Source of the DNA: an uncultured Lachnospiraceae bacterium
GTDB lineage: Bacteria > Bacillota > Clostridia > Oscillospirales > CAG-272
Direction: 5' to 3'
Length of the DNA stretch: 51,915 bases
Assembly (NCBI GenBank): GCA_964466625.1
Contig: CAYXQF010000003.1
Span: 1-51,915, forward strand
Each line of letters opens with the position of its first letter. Within the stretch, counting starts at the first letter, position 1. Under the pieces are notes generated by a model, which worked only from the letters and a program-made list of their open reading frames with translations, did not search any database and was not told the DNA's origin. The translations under genes and the position numbers were made by a program. This document shows positions 19,595-27,559 of this stretch, piece by piece.

Positions 19595-21562
19595 TTATTT
19601 CTTTTCATAAAACCAAATGTCACCCGATCTTGCTTCGACGGTAACATCAAAGCCTGCGAGTAAGTCTTGACCTGTGACCATTCGTACTTCCTTCGTTTCC
19701 GCAGAGGTCAAAACGTATGTGTCATCGGGCTGAAAGCCTTTGGGATAAACGGTGAAGATTGTCTTTTTTGCTGTTACCCCGTTGACAAAATGCAAAAGTC
19801 CCTTTCCCGTTTTGGGATCGTGGAACTGCGCCGCATAGAAATCATCGGAAGATCGGCAAACGGGGGTCAGAGAATAATAATCGGTGCCGATCATACACGA
19901 TGCTGCACGACGCCAGATGGGTTGCATCTCGCGGGCAAGTGCAAAGCCTTCCTCTCCTGCATCATATTCGGTGACGTCTGTGAGCGCAGGTGCCATCGCT
20001 ACATAATAAGAAAACTTATCGGGCGCATCCTTCGCTTCATAATTGCCGTCATAGATCTGCTTTTCTTCGTTCCACCAATTATAATTATGCGCACGGAAGT
20101 AGGGGATCCACTGTAACATATACTGATACTGTTTCAGCTTCAGCGGATGATTGCCGTAGCCCACGTCCGTATAGTGGAGCGGTACGGAGCGTTTCATCGT
20201 TTCGATGTCGTTTCGCCGTCCGCCGCCGGCACAGGAGTCGATCAGAAGCCCCGGATTCCTCGCAAGGATCGTATCCCAGAAGCGGTAATAGCCCTGGATA
20301 TGCAGATTTTCCATCGCGCCGATGCGGTCTTCGGCTTCATTCGGTATCCAGAAGAAGAGGGGATAAAGATTGGAGTCTTGACGGTAGATGTTCACACCGT
20401 ATTCCTTGATCTTTTGGTCGATCATGTCGATCACAAAATCACAGCATTCAGGATTACCAAGATCAACGAGACAATAGTAATAATCCTTTCCGTCCCGATA
20501 CCAATGAATGAGCCACTCGGGATGCTCTACCCCAAACTGCGTAAACGTATTGGAGCGCTCGGGTTCAAACCAAAGAAGAAAGTCGATGTTTTCTTTTTTG
20601 AGTTTTTCGCTGAGCGGTACAAGTCCCCTCGGATAGCCTTCGGGATTCGGGAACCAGTTGCCAACGGTCATCCAATGATAATCACAGGAATACCATCCGG
20701 CATCCAGCCACCAAGCATCGGGATGAATGCCGTTTTGCAAATAAGCATCCACAGCATCGATCTGATTTTCCTCCGTCGTGCCGCAGCACTCGGGGAGTCC
20801 ATCGATCTGTGTGCGGTGCATAAAGCATTTCGGAGGCAGGAGCTTGCCGTTTTCTCTCGGAAGAATATGAGCAAAATACCAACGTCTCCACGTATTGATG
20901 CCGCTTTCTTCATTTCCGTCATACGAAACGAGAACCAGTGACGGCGTTCTCATGGTTTCACCCGGTCGAATCACCATATGGCAGCGCTTTTGTCCGACGG
21001 AGATAAAAATGCCGTCTTCCGTTTGACAGAGTTCCGATGTCCAATAGCCTGTCCAACCAATGGCAAGATTTATGCCGCTTTCAGCGAACTGGAGACGAAA
21101 ATACGGCGAGGCATCCTTGCAGGACATTCCTTCAGGGCGCGGCTCAATCATCATCGTTTCGTGTCCCAAGGGAGAAGAAAACCACTCGAAGCCGTCCTCC
21201 TTGCAGGTGTCGCCGTTTCCGTGCCAAAGCGTGGTGTTCGAGCCGTGAAGCATGCCTTCCAAACGGATATCTTCGATCATCGGCGTATCACAAGCGGAAC
21301 GGTTCGTGAAATATGCCACATATTCAGACGCGTCGAAATCGTGATAGATCTTTTGCTCCACACGGAGTTCAAGCCCCTCGGGACTTGCGCCGACCGTTTC
21401 AATCTTCGTCATATTGCAATCAAGGCGCCGGATTTTTTGCGTGGGATTCCAATCGGCAGGGATACCCCGCATACGTTTTCCGCCGTAAAGAAACGTCAAT
21501 GGAATGTCTTCGGTATTTTGTGGGGAATTTTTCGAATCCAAATAAAAAAGCGTCTTCTCCAT
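19595..21562 (-). CDS. GH36-like alpha-galactosidase family glycoside hydrolase
   Basis: ORF 19595-21574. The second ATG at 21562 has the better GGAG spacing. WWLDAGWY and LIDSCAGGGRRND resemble the GH36 C-x-S/A-G-G-G-R motif. Confidence 0.6.
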   Translation of the reverse strand: MEKTLFYLDSKNSPQNTEDIPLTFLYGGKRMRGIPADWNPTQKIRRLDCNMTKIETVGASPEGLELRVEQKIYHDFDASEYVAYFTNRSACDTPMIEDIRLEGMLHGSNTTLWHGNGDTCKEDGFEWFSSPLGHETMMIEPRPEGMSCKDASPYFRLQFAESGINLAIGWTGYWTSELCQTEDGIFISVGQKRCHMVIRPGETMRTPSLVLVSYDGNEESGINTWRRWYFAHILPRENGKLLPPKCFMHRTQIDGLPECCGTTEENQIDAVDAYLQNGIHPDAWWLDAGWYSCDYHWMTVGNWFPNPEGYPRGLVPLSEKLKKENIDFLLWFEPERSNTFTQFGVEHPEWLIHWYRDGKDYYYCLVDLGNPECCDFVIDMIDQKIKEYGVNIYRQDSNLYPLFFWIPNEAEDRIGAMENLHIQGYYRFWDTILARNPGLLIDSCAGGGRRNDIETMKRSVPLHYTDVGYGNHPLKLKQYQYMLQWIPYFRAHNYNWWNEEKQIYDGNYEAKDAPDKFSYYVAMAPALTDVTEYDAGEEGFALAREMQPIWRRAASCMIGTDYYSLTPVCRSSDDFYAAQFHDPKTGKGLLHFVNGVTAKKTIFTVYPKGFQPDDTYVLTSAETKEVRMVTGQDLLAGFDVTVEARSGDIWFYEKK

Positions 21563-21709
21563 ATTTTTCTCCATTTCTTATGCAAAGTCAAGTAGATTCT
21601 TGACATCGGCGAGTCTTTGTGATATAGTTTTATTATATCATATCAAAAGTTATGAATATATGAATTTTAACGCAATAAACATAACTTTTGTGCCATGTCA
21701 GGAGACGCC

Positions 21710-22540
21710 ATGATCTATATTCCCCATTTATCCCCTCTTCTTCCCGCCACAGATCAAATTTTGACAGAGATTCAGTACACTAAGACCTATACCACAGTTA
21801 ACGACGTGTACCATGATGACGATCATATCCACGATTTTTATGAGATCTATGTCAATCTCAACGGTGACGTTTCTTTCCGTGTGGAAAACCATATCTATCC
21901 CATTCGTCGGGGCGATATCATTCTGACACGTCCCAATGAGATTCACCGTTGCATCTACCACAGCGATTGCGTACACGAGCATTTTTGCATTTGGATCGGT
22001 AGATTTTCTTCTTTGCCTTTTGCGGGGACACCCTTTGCCGACCAAACGCTTCTGTGTTTTTCTGAGGAGGACAAGGCAAAGCTGATCGAGCATTGCTTTC
22101 ATTTATATCAATGTACACAGAGCGATTCCTCGCCTTTTTCCTCTGCGCATCATTTTTTTGCGCTTTTGGATCTGATCTGCACCGGCAAACAGACAGCTCC
22201 TGCCTTCTCCAATCTGCCCTTGTGCTTCACGGAGATCCTTCTTTATATTTCTCGTCACATTCGTGAATCGAGCTGCAACGTCACACATCTCAGTGAAATG
22301 TTTTTCATTTCCCGAAGTCAGCTCAATCGCTATTTTTCTACCTATTTTCAGACAACACCCTCCGCGTATATCGAATCCTGCCGTCTCAGCGAAGCAAAAA
22401 AGCTTCTGCAAATCGGCTATAACGTGCAATACACCGCACTTCATTGCGGTTTCACGGATGCCGCTTATTTCGTGATGCGCTTCCGAAAGAAATTCGGCGT
22501 CACACCTTTGCAATATCAGAAGCAACAAAAAAATCGTTAA
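21710..22540 (+). CDS. AraC-family transcriptional regulator (cupin sensor plus HTH)
   Basis: ATG 21710 follows AGGAG. N-terminal cupin-like HDFYEIYVNLNGD; C-terminal double HTH ending AYFVMRFRKKFGVTPLQY. Confidence 0.85.
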   Translation: MIYIPHLSPLLPATDQILTEIQYTKTYTTVNDVYHDDDHIHDFYEIYVNLNGDVSFRVENHIYPIRRGDIILTRPNEIHRCIYHSDCVHEHFCIWIGRFSSLPFAGTPFADQTLLCFSEEDKAKLIEHCFHLYQCTQSDSSPFSSAHHFFALLDLICTGKQTAPAFSNLPLCFTEILLYISRHIRESSCNVTHLSEMFFISRSQLNRYFSTYFQTTPSAYIESCRLSEAKKLLQIGYNVQYTALHCGFTDAAYFVMRFRKKFGVTPLQYQKQQKNR

Positions 22541-22576
22541 AATGGGATTTTTTCAAACGAAAAGAGGTTTTCAGAC

Positions 22577-23869
22577 ATGACAAATTCTATTTTTAATAAC
22601 TCCGTATACAAACGCTCCCGCTGGGCATACACCTTGGAATGTGCCTTTGAATATTTCATCGCACTGATGGTTTCCGATGCATTTTTGGCGATCCTTTTAT
22701 CGGAAATGGGAATCAACGATGCCGTGATCGGCGTGATCTCCTCGCTGATCTCGCTGGCGTTTTTGTTTCAGCTCTTTTCCATCTTTGTTGTGCAACACAT
22801 CAAAAATATTAAGCTCACAGCGATCCCCATTCATTGCGTCAGTCAAATGTTCTTTTTGGTGCTGTATCTTTTGCCGTTTCTGTCCATTCCGTCCGAGCTT
22901 CGCGCCGCCATCGTCATTGGTTGCCTGCTGATCGCGTATTTCGGAAATTATCTGGTCACGTCCCTCATTTTTAACTGGGGTAATTCTTATGTCGATCCGA
23001 ACGGACGCGCAAATTTTGCCGCGACCAAGGAGATCATCTCTCTTCTGTCGGGCATCGTCGTCAGTCTTGTGATGGGTTGGTCTATTGACCGCTTCATCGC
23101 GAATGGAAATATCAACGGCGGTTTTCTTTTCATCGCGCTCATGATGCTTCTCATGAATATCGGGGATTTTATTTGTCTGATGCTGATGAAAAATCAGGCG
23201 GTGGAAAAGAAATCTCACGAAAAAGCCGAGCCCTTTGGAAAGATCGTTCGAATGCTCTTTTCCAACAAAAGCTTTGTTTATACCATCATCGTACATTCTC
23301 TTTGGAATATTTCGGTCTATATGACCGTCGGCTTCATGGGGACCTACAAGACCAAGGAGTTGATGCTTTCTGTCGGGTTGGTGCAAGTCATCAACATTGT
23401 CGCTTGTCTTGCACGCGCCGTTTTTTCTAAACCCATTGCGCATTATGCCGACAGACGCTCCTATGCCAAGGGCATCAAGCTCGGTATGATCATCGCAGCG
23501 ATCGGATATCTTGTCAATATGTTCACAACGCCTTCTCTTTGGTGGCTCGTTATTTTGCATACGCTCCTCTATCACGTTTCCTGCGCGGGAACGAGTCAGA
23601 ATCTCATCAATCTGACGTACAGTTACGTAGATCGTAAATATTTTGTGCAGGCATCTGCGATCAAATACAGCATCAGTGGACTTTGTGGATTTGCTGCCTC
23701 CATGGTCGGAAGCTGTATCCTCGATGCTGTGCAAACGAGTGGTAACTCAATTTTCGGCATGACGGTTTACGGTCAGCAGATCTTATCGCTGATCTCTCTC
23801 ACCATCACCGTGATCAGTATCATGTTTGTTAAATTCATTATGGAAAAACAAACGATCATCGCGAAATAA
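22577..23869 (+). CDS. MFS-type transporter (probable glycoside/sugar importer)
   Basis: 430 aa, about 12 hydrophobic segments, downstream of AraC and divergent from the GH genes. Confidence 0.7.
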   Translation: MTNSIFNNSVYKRSRWAYTLECAFEYFIALMVSDAFLAILLSEMGINDAVIGVISSLISLAFLFQLFSIFVVQHIKNIKLTAIPIHCVSQMFFLVLYLLPFLSIPSELRAAIVIGCLLIAYFGNYLVTSLIFNWGNSYVDPNGRANFAATKEIISLLSGIVVSLVMGWSIDRFIANGNINGGFLFIALMMLLMNIGDFICLMLMKNQAVEKKSHEKAEPFGKIVRMLFSNKSFVYTIIVHSLWNISVYMTVGFMGTYKTKELMLSVGLVQVINIVACLARAVFSKPIAHYADRRSYAKGIKLGMIIAAIGYLVNMFTTPSLWWLVILHTLLYHVSCAGTSQNLINLTYSYVDRKYFVQASAIKYSISGLCGFAASMVGSCILDAVQTSGNSIFGMTVYGQQILSLISLTITVISIMFVKFIMEKQTIIAK

Positions 23870-23905
23870 AGTTATCGTATTTACACAGCCTAAGATGTAG
23901 CGGCA

Positions 23906-24037
23906 ATGCTTAAAATTTCGAAATCTGCAGCGTATCGCGTCATTCGTGAAATCAACGATGAACTGAAAAAAAGAGGGCTACTTCGTCATTGCAGGACGAG
24001 TACCCCAAAGCGTTTTCATGAAAAATTGTATTGCTAA
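23906..24037 (+). pseudogene. truncated mobile-element-type HTH DNA-binding gene remnant
   Basis: Below the ORF-track size cutoff. My translation is MLKISKSAAYRVIREINDELKKRGLLRHCRTSTPKRFHEKLYC. An in-frame TAA lies 5 codons upstream of the ATG, so the usual N-terminal segment is missing. It resembles the small HTH proteins that accompany integrases in Firmicutes ICEs and prophages (from memory). Confidence 0.45.
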
Positions 24038-24043
24038 TACCTC

Positions 24044-24078
24044 AAAAACCCCGTCTGTATCAGCAGACGGGTTTTTTT
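24044..24078 (+). terminator. rho-independent terminator
   Basis: aaaaaccccgtctg-tatcag-cagacgggttttttt. Confidence 0.75.
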
Positions 24079-24097
24079 GAAAATGCGCGTCAATGTC

Positions 24098-24126
24098 TTG
24101 ATTCCAACAAAACTATGTGTTATGAT
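24098..24126 (+). promoter_or_regulatory. sigma-A-type promoter for the small ORF
   Basis: TTGATT, a 17-nt spacer, then TGT-TATGAT (extended -10). Confidence 0.5.
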
Positions 24127-24136
24127 GAAAGGCGAG

Positions 24137-24436
24137 ATGCACATCTCCTCGATTGCCGTTTTGGTGCAAAACGTTCTTACGAAAAATAAGCAGGAAATGC
24201 AAGAGATGCTGGACGAAAGCGAGATCATGGAGCAAGATATTGCTGCCGCCAAAAATGAAAGACTCGCTCAAACACAGCAGACCGTTATCAAACGTTCCGT
24301 GGATTTCGGAAACACCTTTGACTCGCACACACAGCAAAAGCAACAGCTTGAAAAACCAGACGAGAACACCGCGCAAAAGTTGCTTGGCGAAAACACGGCA
24401 CTCGAACAAACGGAACTTGAAATCGATACACTTTGA
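24137..24436 (+). CDS. hypothetical small hydrophilic (coiled-coil-like) protein
   Basis: ORF 24077-24436 trimmed to ATG 24137, downstream of the predicted promoter. Gln/Glu-rich, no known motif, terminator follows. Confidence 0.4.
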   Translation: MHISSIAVLVQNVLTKNKQEMQEMLDESEIMEQDIAAAKNERLAQTQQTVIKRSVDFGNTFDSHTQQKQQLEKPDENTAQKLLGENTALEQTELEIDTL

Positions 24437-24446
24437 TTTTCATATA

Positions 24447-24491
24447 AAAAGCAAATACTTCCGATCAGCAAAGCTAATCGGAAGTATTTTT
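24447..24491. terminator. bidirectional terminator between convergent genes
   Basis: aaatacttccgat-(11 nt)-atcggaagtattt with flanking A and T runs. Confidence 0.7.
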
Positions 24492-24518
24492 CATGGCACG
24501 CATAACTATGAAAAAATT

Positions 24519-25235
24519 TTAATTTGTGATGAAATCGACGAATCGCTGATGAACCTCAGCATACCGTCCCTTCCCGATCGGAACACGAGCACCGCTTTTC
24601 AAAACAAATTCATAGCGGCGAATCCACTCGACCTCATGCAGATTGACGACAAAACCTCTGTGGCAAAGAAGAAAATCCGAAGAAGAAAGCTTTTCTGCAG
24701 CCTCGCTGATCTTCCATCTGCTTTCAAAAGCTTCTTTTTTCATATTAAATTTTGTACCGCGATCAAATGCTTCCACAAATTGAATATCGGAAAGAGAGAT
24801 TCTTCGCTCACCGACTTCGGTGGGAAGCAGAATCTCTGCATGAGAGCGCCGTTCGCCGTGACAATAGAGCAATGCTTCCTTCAGTTTCTCCTCACATGGG
24901 GGCTCTGCAAGATATCGCGCAGCAGACACCTCATAGCCACGCATTGCCATCTCCAAATTGCGAGAAATAAAGACAATCGCGAGATCCTTTTTCTCTTCTC
25001 TGAGTGTTGACGCAAGTGTGATGCCGTCCATGTCACGCATTTCCGTGTCCAAAAGAAGGAGCTGAAACGGCACACCCCGTCGGATATCCGCAAGGAGTGC
25101 CAATCCCGACGCATATTCAGAAAGCTGATACGGAATCTTCGCTTCCTCAAGCAGTTTCGCGGTCATCTTCGCGATTTTTTGACGATCTTCTCTGTGATCA
25201 TCACAAACGGCAATTTGCCATGAAATTCCCCCCAC
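24519..25235 (-). CDS. LytR/AlgR-family response regulator (REC plus LytTR), orphan
   Basis: GTG 25235 lies 7 nt after GGAAGGAGGG; the ATG at 25256 lacks an RBS. REC domain: IAVCDDHREDRQ, LLLLDTEMRDMDG. LytTR domain: ISLSDIQFVEAFDRGTKF...FLLCHRGFVVNLHEV. No kinase gene is adjacent. Confidence 0.85.
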   Translation of the reverse strand: MGGISWQIAVCDDHREDRQKIAKMTAKLLEEAKIPYQLSEYASGLALLADIRRGVPFQLLLLDTEMRDMDGITLASTLREEKKDLAIVFISRNLEMAMRGYEVSAARYLAEPPCEEKLKEALLYCHGERRSHAEILLPTEVGERRISLSDIQFVEAFDRGTKFNMKKEAFESRWKISEAAEKLSSSDFLLCHRGFVVNLHEVEWIRRYEFVLKSGARVPIGKGRYAEVHQRFVDFITN

Positions 25236-25324
25236 GGGTAGCCCTCCTTCCTGCATGAAACGAGAATTTTATCTGATACTAAATTATACACCATTTGCCA
25301 AAGAAAATCTACTCTTTCCAAAGA

Positions 25325-25350
25325 AAAAACCACCGAGCTCGGTGGTTTTT
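25325..25350. terminator. palindromic terminator
   Basis: aaaaaccaccgag/ctcggtggttttt. Confidence 0.7.
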
Positions 25351-25374
25351 CTCTCAAATGATCATAGGAGGAGA

Positions 25375-26109
25375 TCATTTTGTAAAATCATGTTCTGCGG
25401 CCACATTGCCATTTTCATCGTAATCAATTTGCTTCGTTGTGCCACCGCCGCCATCTTCGTCATACGCAAAAAAGTATTCGCAATAAATGATGTCATTGGC
25501 ATAGATCGTCTGATGAATAATATTGCCATTATCATCATGTTCATATACGTAACGATAGATGGTTTTCACCGCGCCCGATGCATCATAAACGATCATACGA
25601 AGCGCTTCCAGATTTTCGTTATATTCGAAAGTTTCCTTGGTGCCGTCCTCATTATAGGTCGTGCTGCTCGCTAAATAAACTGCAGCAAATTCACTATTTT
25701 CTACATAAAGAAATTGCTCTTCCATATCAAGCACACCGTCAAAATAGGTCTTCATATTTTTGATGTTGCCATCTTCATAATATTCACATTCGGATTTCTG
25801 TTCAAAGAACATATTCCCATTTTCATCATAGTCGCGCATCAAAATCATCGTGCCTTGTTCATCATAAGCACAAAGCGAGCCGGAACCATCTTCATTTTTG
25901 TAAATGGCTACACCACAAACAACACACATATTGTCATCGTCAAGATCATGCTTTTGATAATTTTCACGTTCTCCGCAGTCCGAACAATCATTCCAATGTC
26001 CTTCCAGATCATAAAGAACAGGACTATTTTCATCAATGTGGCTTACTCCACAGCTTACAAAAAGGAGCGCCATCACAAGACAAATAAAAATTAAATAAGT
26101 TTTTTTCAT
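25375..26109 (-). CDS. lipoprotein with YD/MORN-like repeats
   Basis: ATG 26109 follows GGAG. MKKTYLIFICLVMALLFVSCG lipobox. Repeated YDEQG / YDENGN / YEDGN / YNEDG / YDASG / DDNGN units. Confidence 0.7.
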   Translation of the reverse strand: MKKTYLIFICLVMALLFVSCGVSHIDENSPVLYDLEGHWNDCSDCGERENYQKHDLDDDNMCVVCGVAIYKNEDGSGSLCAYDEQGTMILMRDYDENGNMFFEQKSECEYYEDGNIKNMKTYFDGVLDMEEQFLYVENSEFAAVYLASSTTYNEDGTKETFEYNENLEALRMIVYDASGAVKTIYRYVYEHDDNGNIIHQTIYANDIIYCEYFFAYDEDGGGGTTKQIDYDENGNVAAEHDFTK

Positions 26110-26274
26110 TATAAATCTCCATTCCGCCGCTGGCGGCGGCACAAATAAAATTCGAAATTGCATGACCGCAATTTTTGCGGCAAAATGGGTTTGGGTCCCA
26201 TTTTGAATGCAATTTGATAGCGTGATCACTGCATTTACCGATCGAATCAAGCTTCTTTCACGCTATTCTCCTCG

Positions 26275-26802
26275 TTATGGGTGGAAAAATTGATTATATT
26301 CTTGGTTGGTCATGCGAATCGTAAACGAAGCACTTTCACCCACGGCGCGAACGGAGAAGTTGCCCGTGATATTTTCAAAAGTATGCTCCAACGGATCGTC
26401 GGGTGTCAATCTGGCAAGGATCTTTCCTTCGTTCACAACGATCAAAACGAAATTGCCTTCTTTGACGGTAAATTCCGTGAAATCCAACGAAACGACGTTA
26501 TTGTTACCAATGTAATTATTATAAAAGATCTCGTGAACACCTGTAAATTTCTTGGAATGAAATTTAACGCCTTTAGTGCTTTCCGTTTTGGTAAAACCTC
26601 GGGAACCATAGTTCATATTGACCATATCCATATCGGTGATCGTCACAATGGAAATATCCTCTGCGCCATTTGTGTCTTCCACGTGATCAATTCCTGTAGA
26701 AAAGCCCCAAATCAAAACACCAACGAAAATGATCAGAAAGATCGGAAACATAATGATGCTTTTGATGTTGTTCGCTCTTCTGCCGAGTCTGATTCGAATC
26801 AT
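26275..26802 (-). CDS. hypothetical single-pass membrane-anchored protein
   Basis: ATG 26802 lies 6 nt after AAGGAGG and 14 nt after the AIM24-like stop. MIRIRLGRRANNIKSIIMFPIFLIIFVGVLIWGF anchor, then a beta-rich domain of about 130 aa. Confidence 0.6.
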   Translation of the reverse strand: MIRIRLGRRANNIKSIIMFPIFLIIFVGVLIWGFSTGIDHVEDTNGAEDISIVTITDMDMVNMNYGSRGFTKTESTKGVKFHSKKFTGVHEIFYNNYIGNNNVVSLDFTEFTVKEGNFVLIVVNEGKILARLTPDDPLEHTFENITGNFSVRAVGESASFTIRMTNQEYNQFFHP

Positions 26803-26816
26803 CACTGACCTCCTTA

Positions 26817-27539
26817 TCAATTATCGCCAAAACTAATATTGATACCGTCCCCTTTGGAGGAGGAGCCGCCGAGATAGCGCGCCAGAACCTCTGCTGTGTG
26901 GTAGATCGGCATGGACTGAATGTAGACCTTACCGGGGCCCGTTACGCGAGTATGGAACAAGCCCTCGCCGCCGAACAATGCGTTCTTAAATCCCTTGACG
27001 GATTGAATTTCCATCGTGCAGCTTTCGCTCATCGCCGCGAGGTATCCCGTGTCAAGCACGATGCTCTCGCCCGAACGAAGCTCGTATTCTTCACAATGAC
27101 CGTCAATCTCAAGGAACACCGTTCCGTTTCCGGTGATCTTCTGCATGATAAAGCCTTCGCCACCGAAAAAACCTGCGCCAAGCTTTCTTTGAAAATAGAT
27201 AGAAAGGTCAAGCCCCTTTTCCATCGCAAGAAATCCGCCCTTCTGAACGATGATGCCGTTGCCGGGAGTAAGCTCCAAGGGAATGATCGAACCGGGGAAG
27301 CTGGACGCGAAAGCGATCATACCGCTACCACCGTTCGGGGTAAATTCATTGATAAACATCGAGTCGCCCGAAAAAAGTCTGCCAAATGCTTTTTTCAGAC
27401 CGCCGCCCGTGTTGGTCTTCATTTCTATATTGGGACTCATCCAGCTCATAGAACCTTTTTCTGTGCAAAGCGTCTGTCCTGTCGTGGGATAGCAGACAAC
27501 AACCGGCAAACTGCCGCCTTTAATTTCATAATTAATCAT
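26817..27539 (-). CDS. TIGR00266 / AIM24 (DUF124) family protein
   Basis: MINYEIKGGSLPVVVCYP..., GEGFIMQKITGNGTVFLEIDG and GGEGLFHTRVTGPGKVYIQS match the AIM24 family as I remember it. Confidence 0.75.
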   Translation of the reverse strand: MINYEIKGGSLPVVVCYPTTGQTLCTEKGSMSWMSPNIEMKTNTGGGLKKAFGRLFSGDSMFINEFTPNGGSGMIAFASSFPGSIIPLELTPGNGIIVQKGGFLAMEKGLDLSIYFQRKLGAGFFGGEGFIMQKITGNGTVFLEIDGHCEEYELRSGESIVLDTGYLAAMSESCTMEIQSVKGFKNALFGGEGLFHTRVTGPGKVYIQSMPIYHTAEVLARYLGGSSSKGDGINISFGDN

Positions 27540-27559
27540 GTTATATTCTCCTTTATCGT

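Noticed and set aside
19272-19610. Val/Ala/Ser-repeat ORFs on the plus strand (19272-19610, 19288-19521), plus the minus-strand ORF 19129-19512 in an alternative frame, and similar ORFs at 7321-7641
   Set aside because: These are reverse-complement or alternative-frame readings of the Thr-rich (TTTAE)n linker regions of the two lipoprotein genes.
24153-25010. 285-aa plus-strand ORF overlapping the LytTR regulator
   Set aside because: It is antisense to a gene with clear REC and LytTR motifs. It also runs through the bidirectional terminator at 24447-24491.
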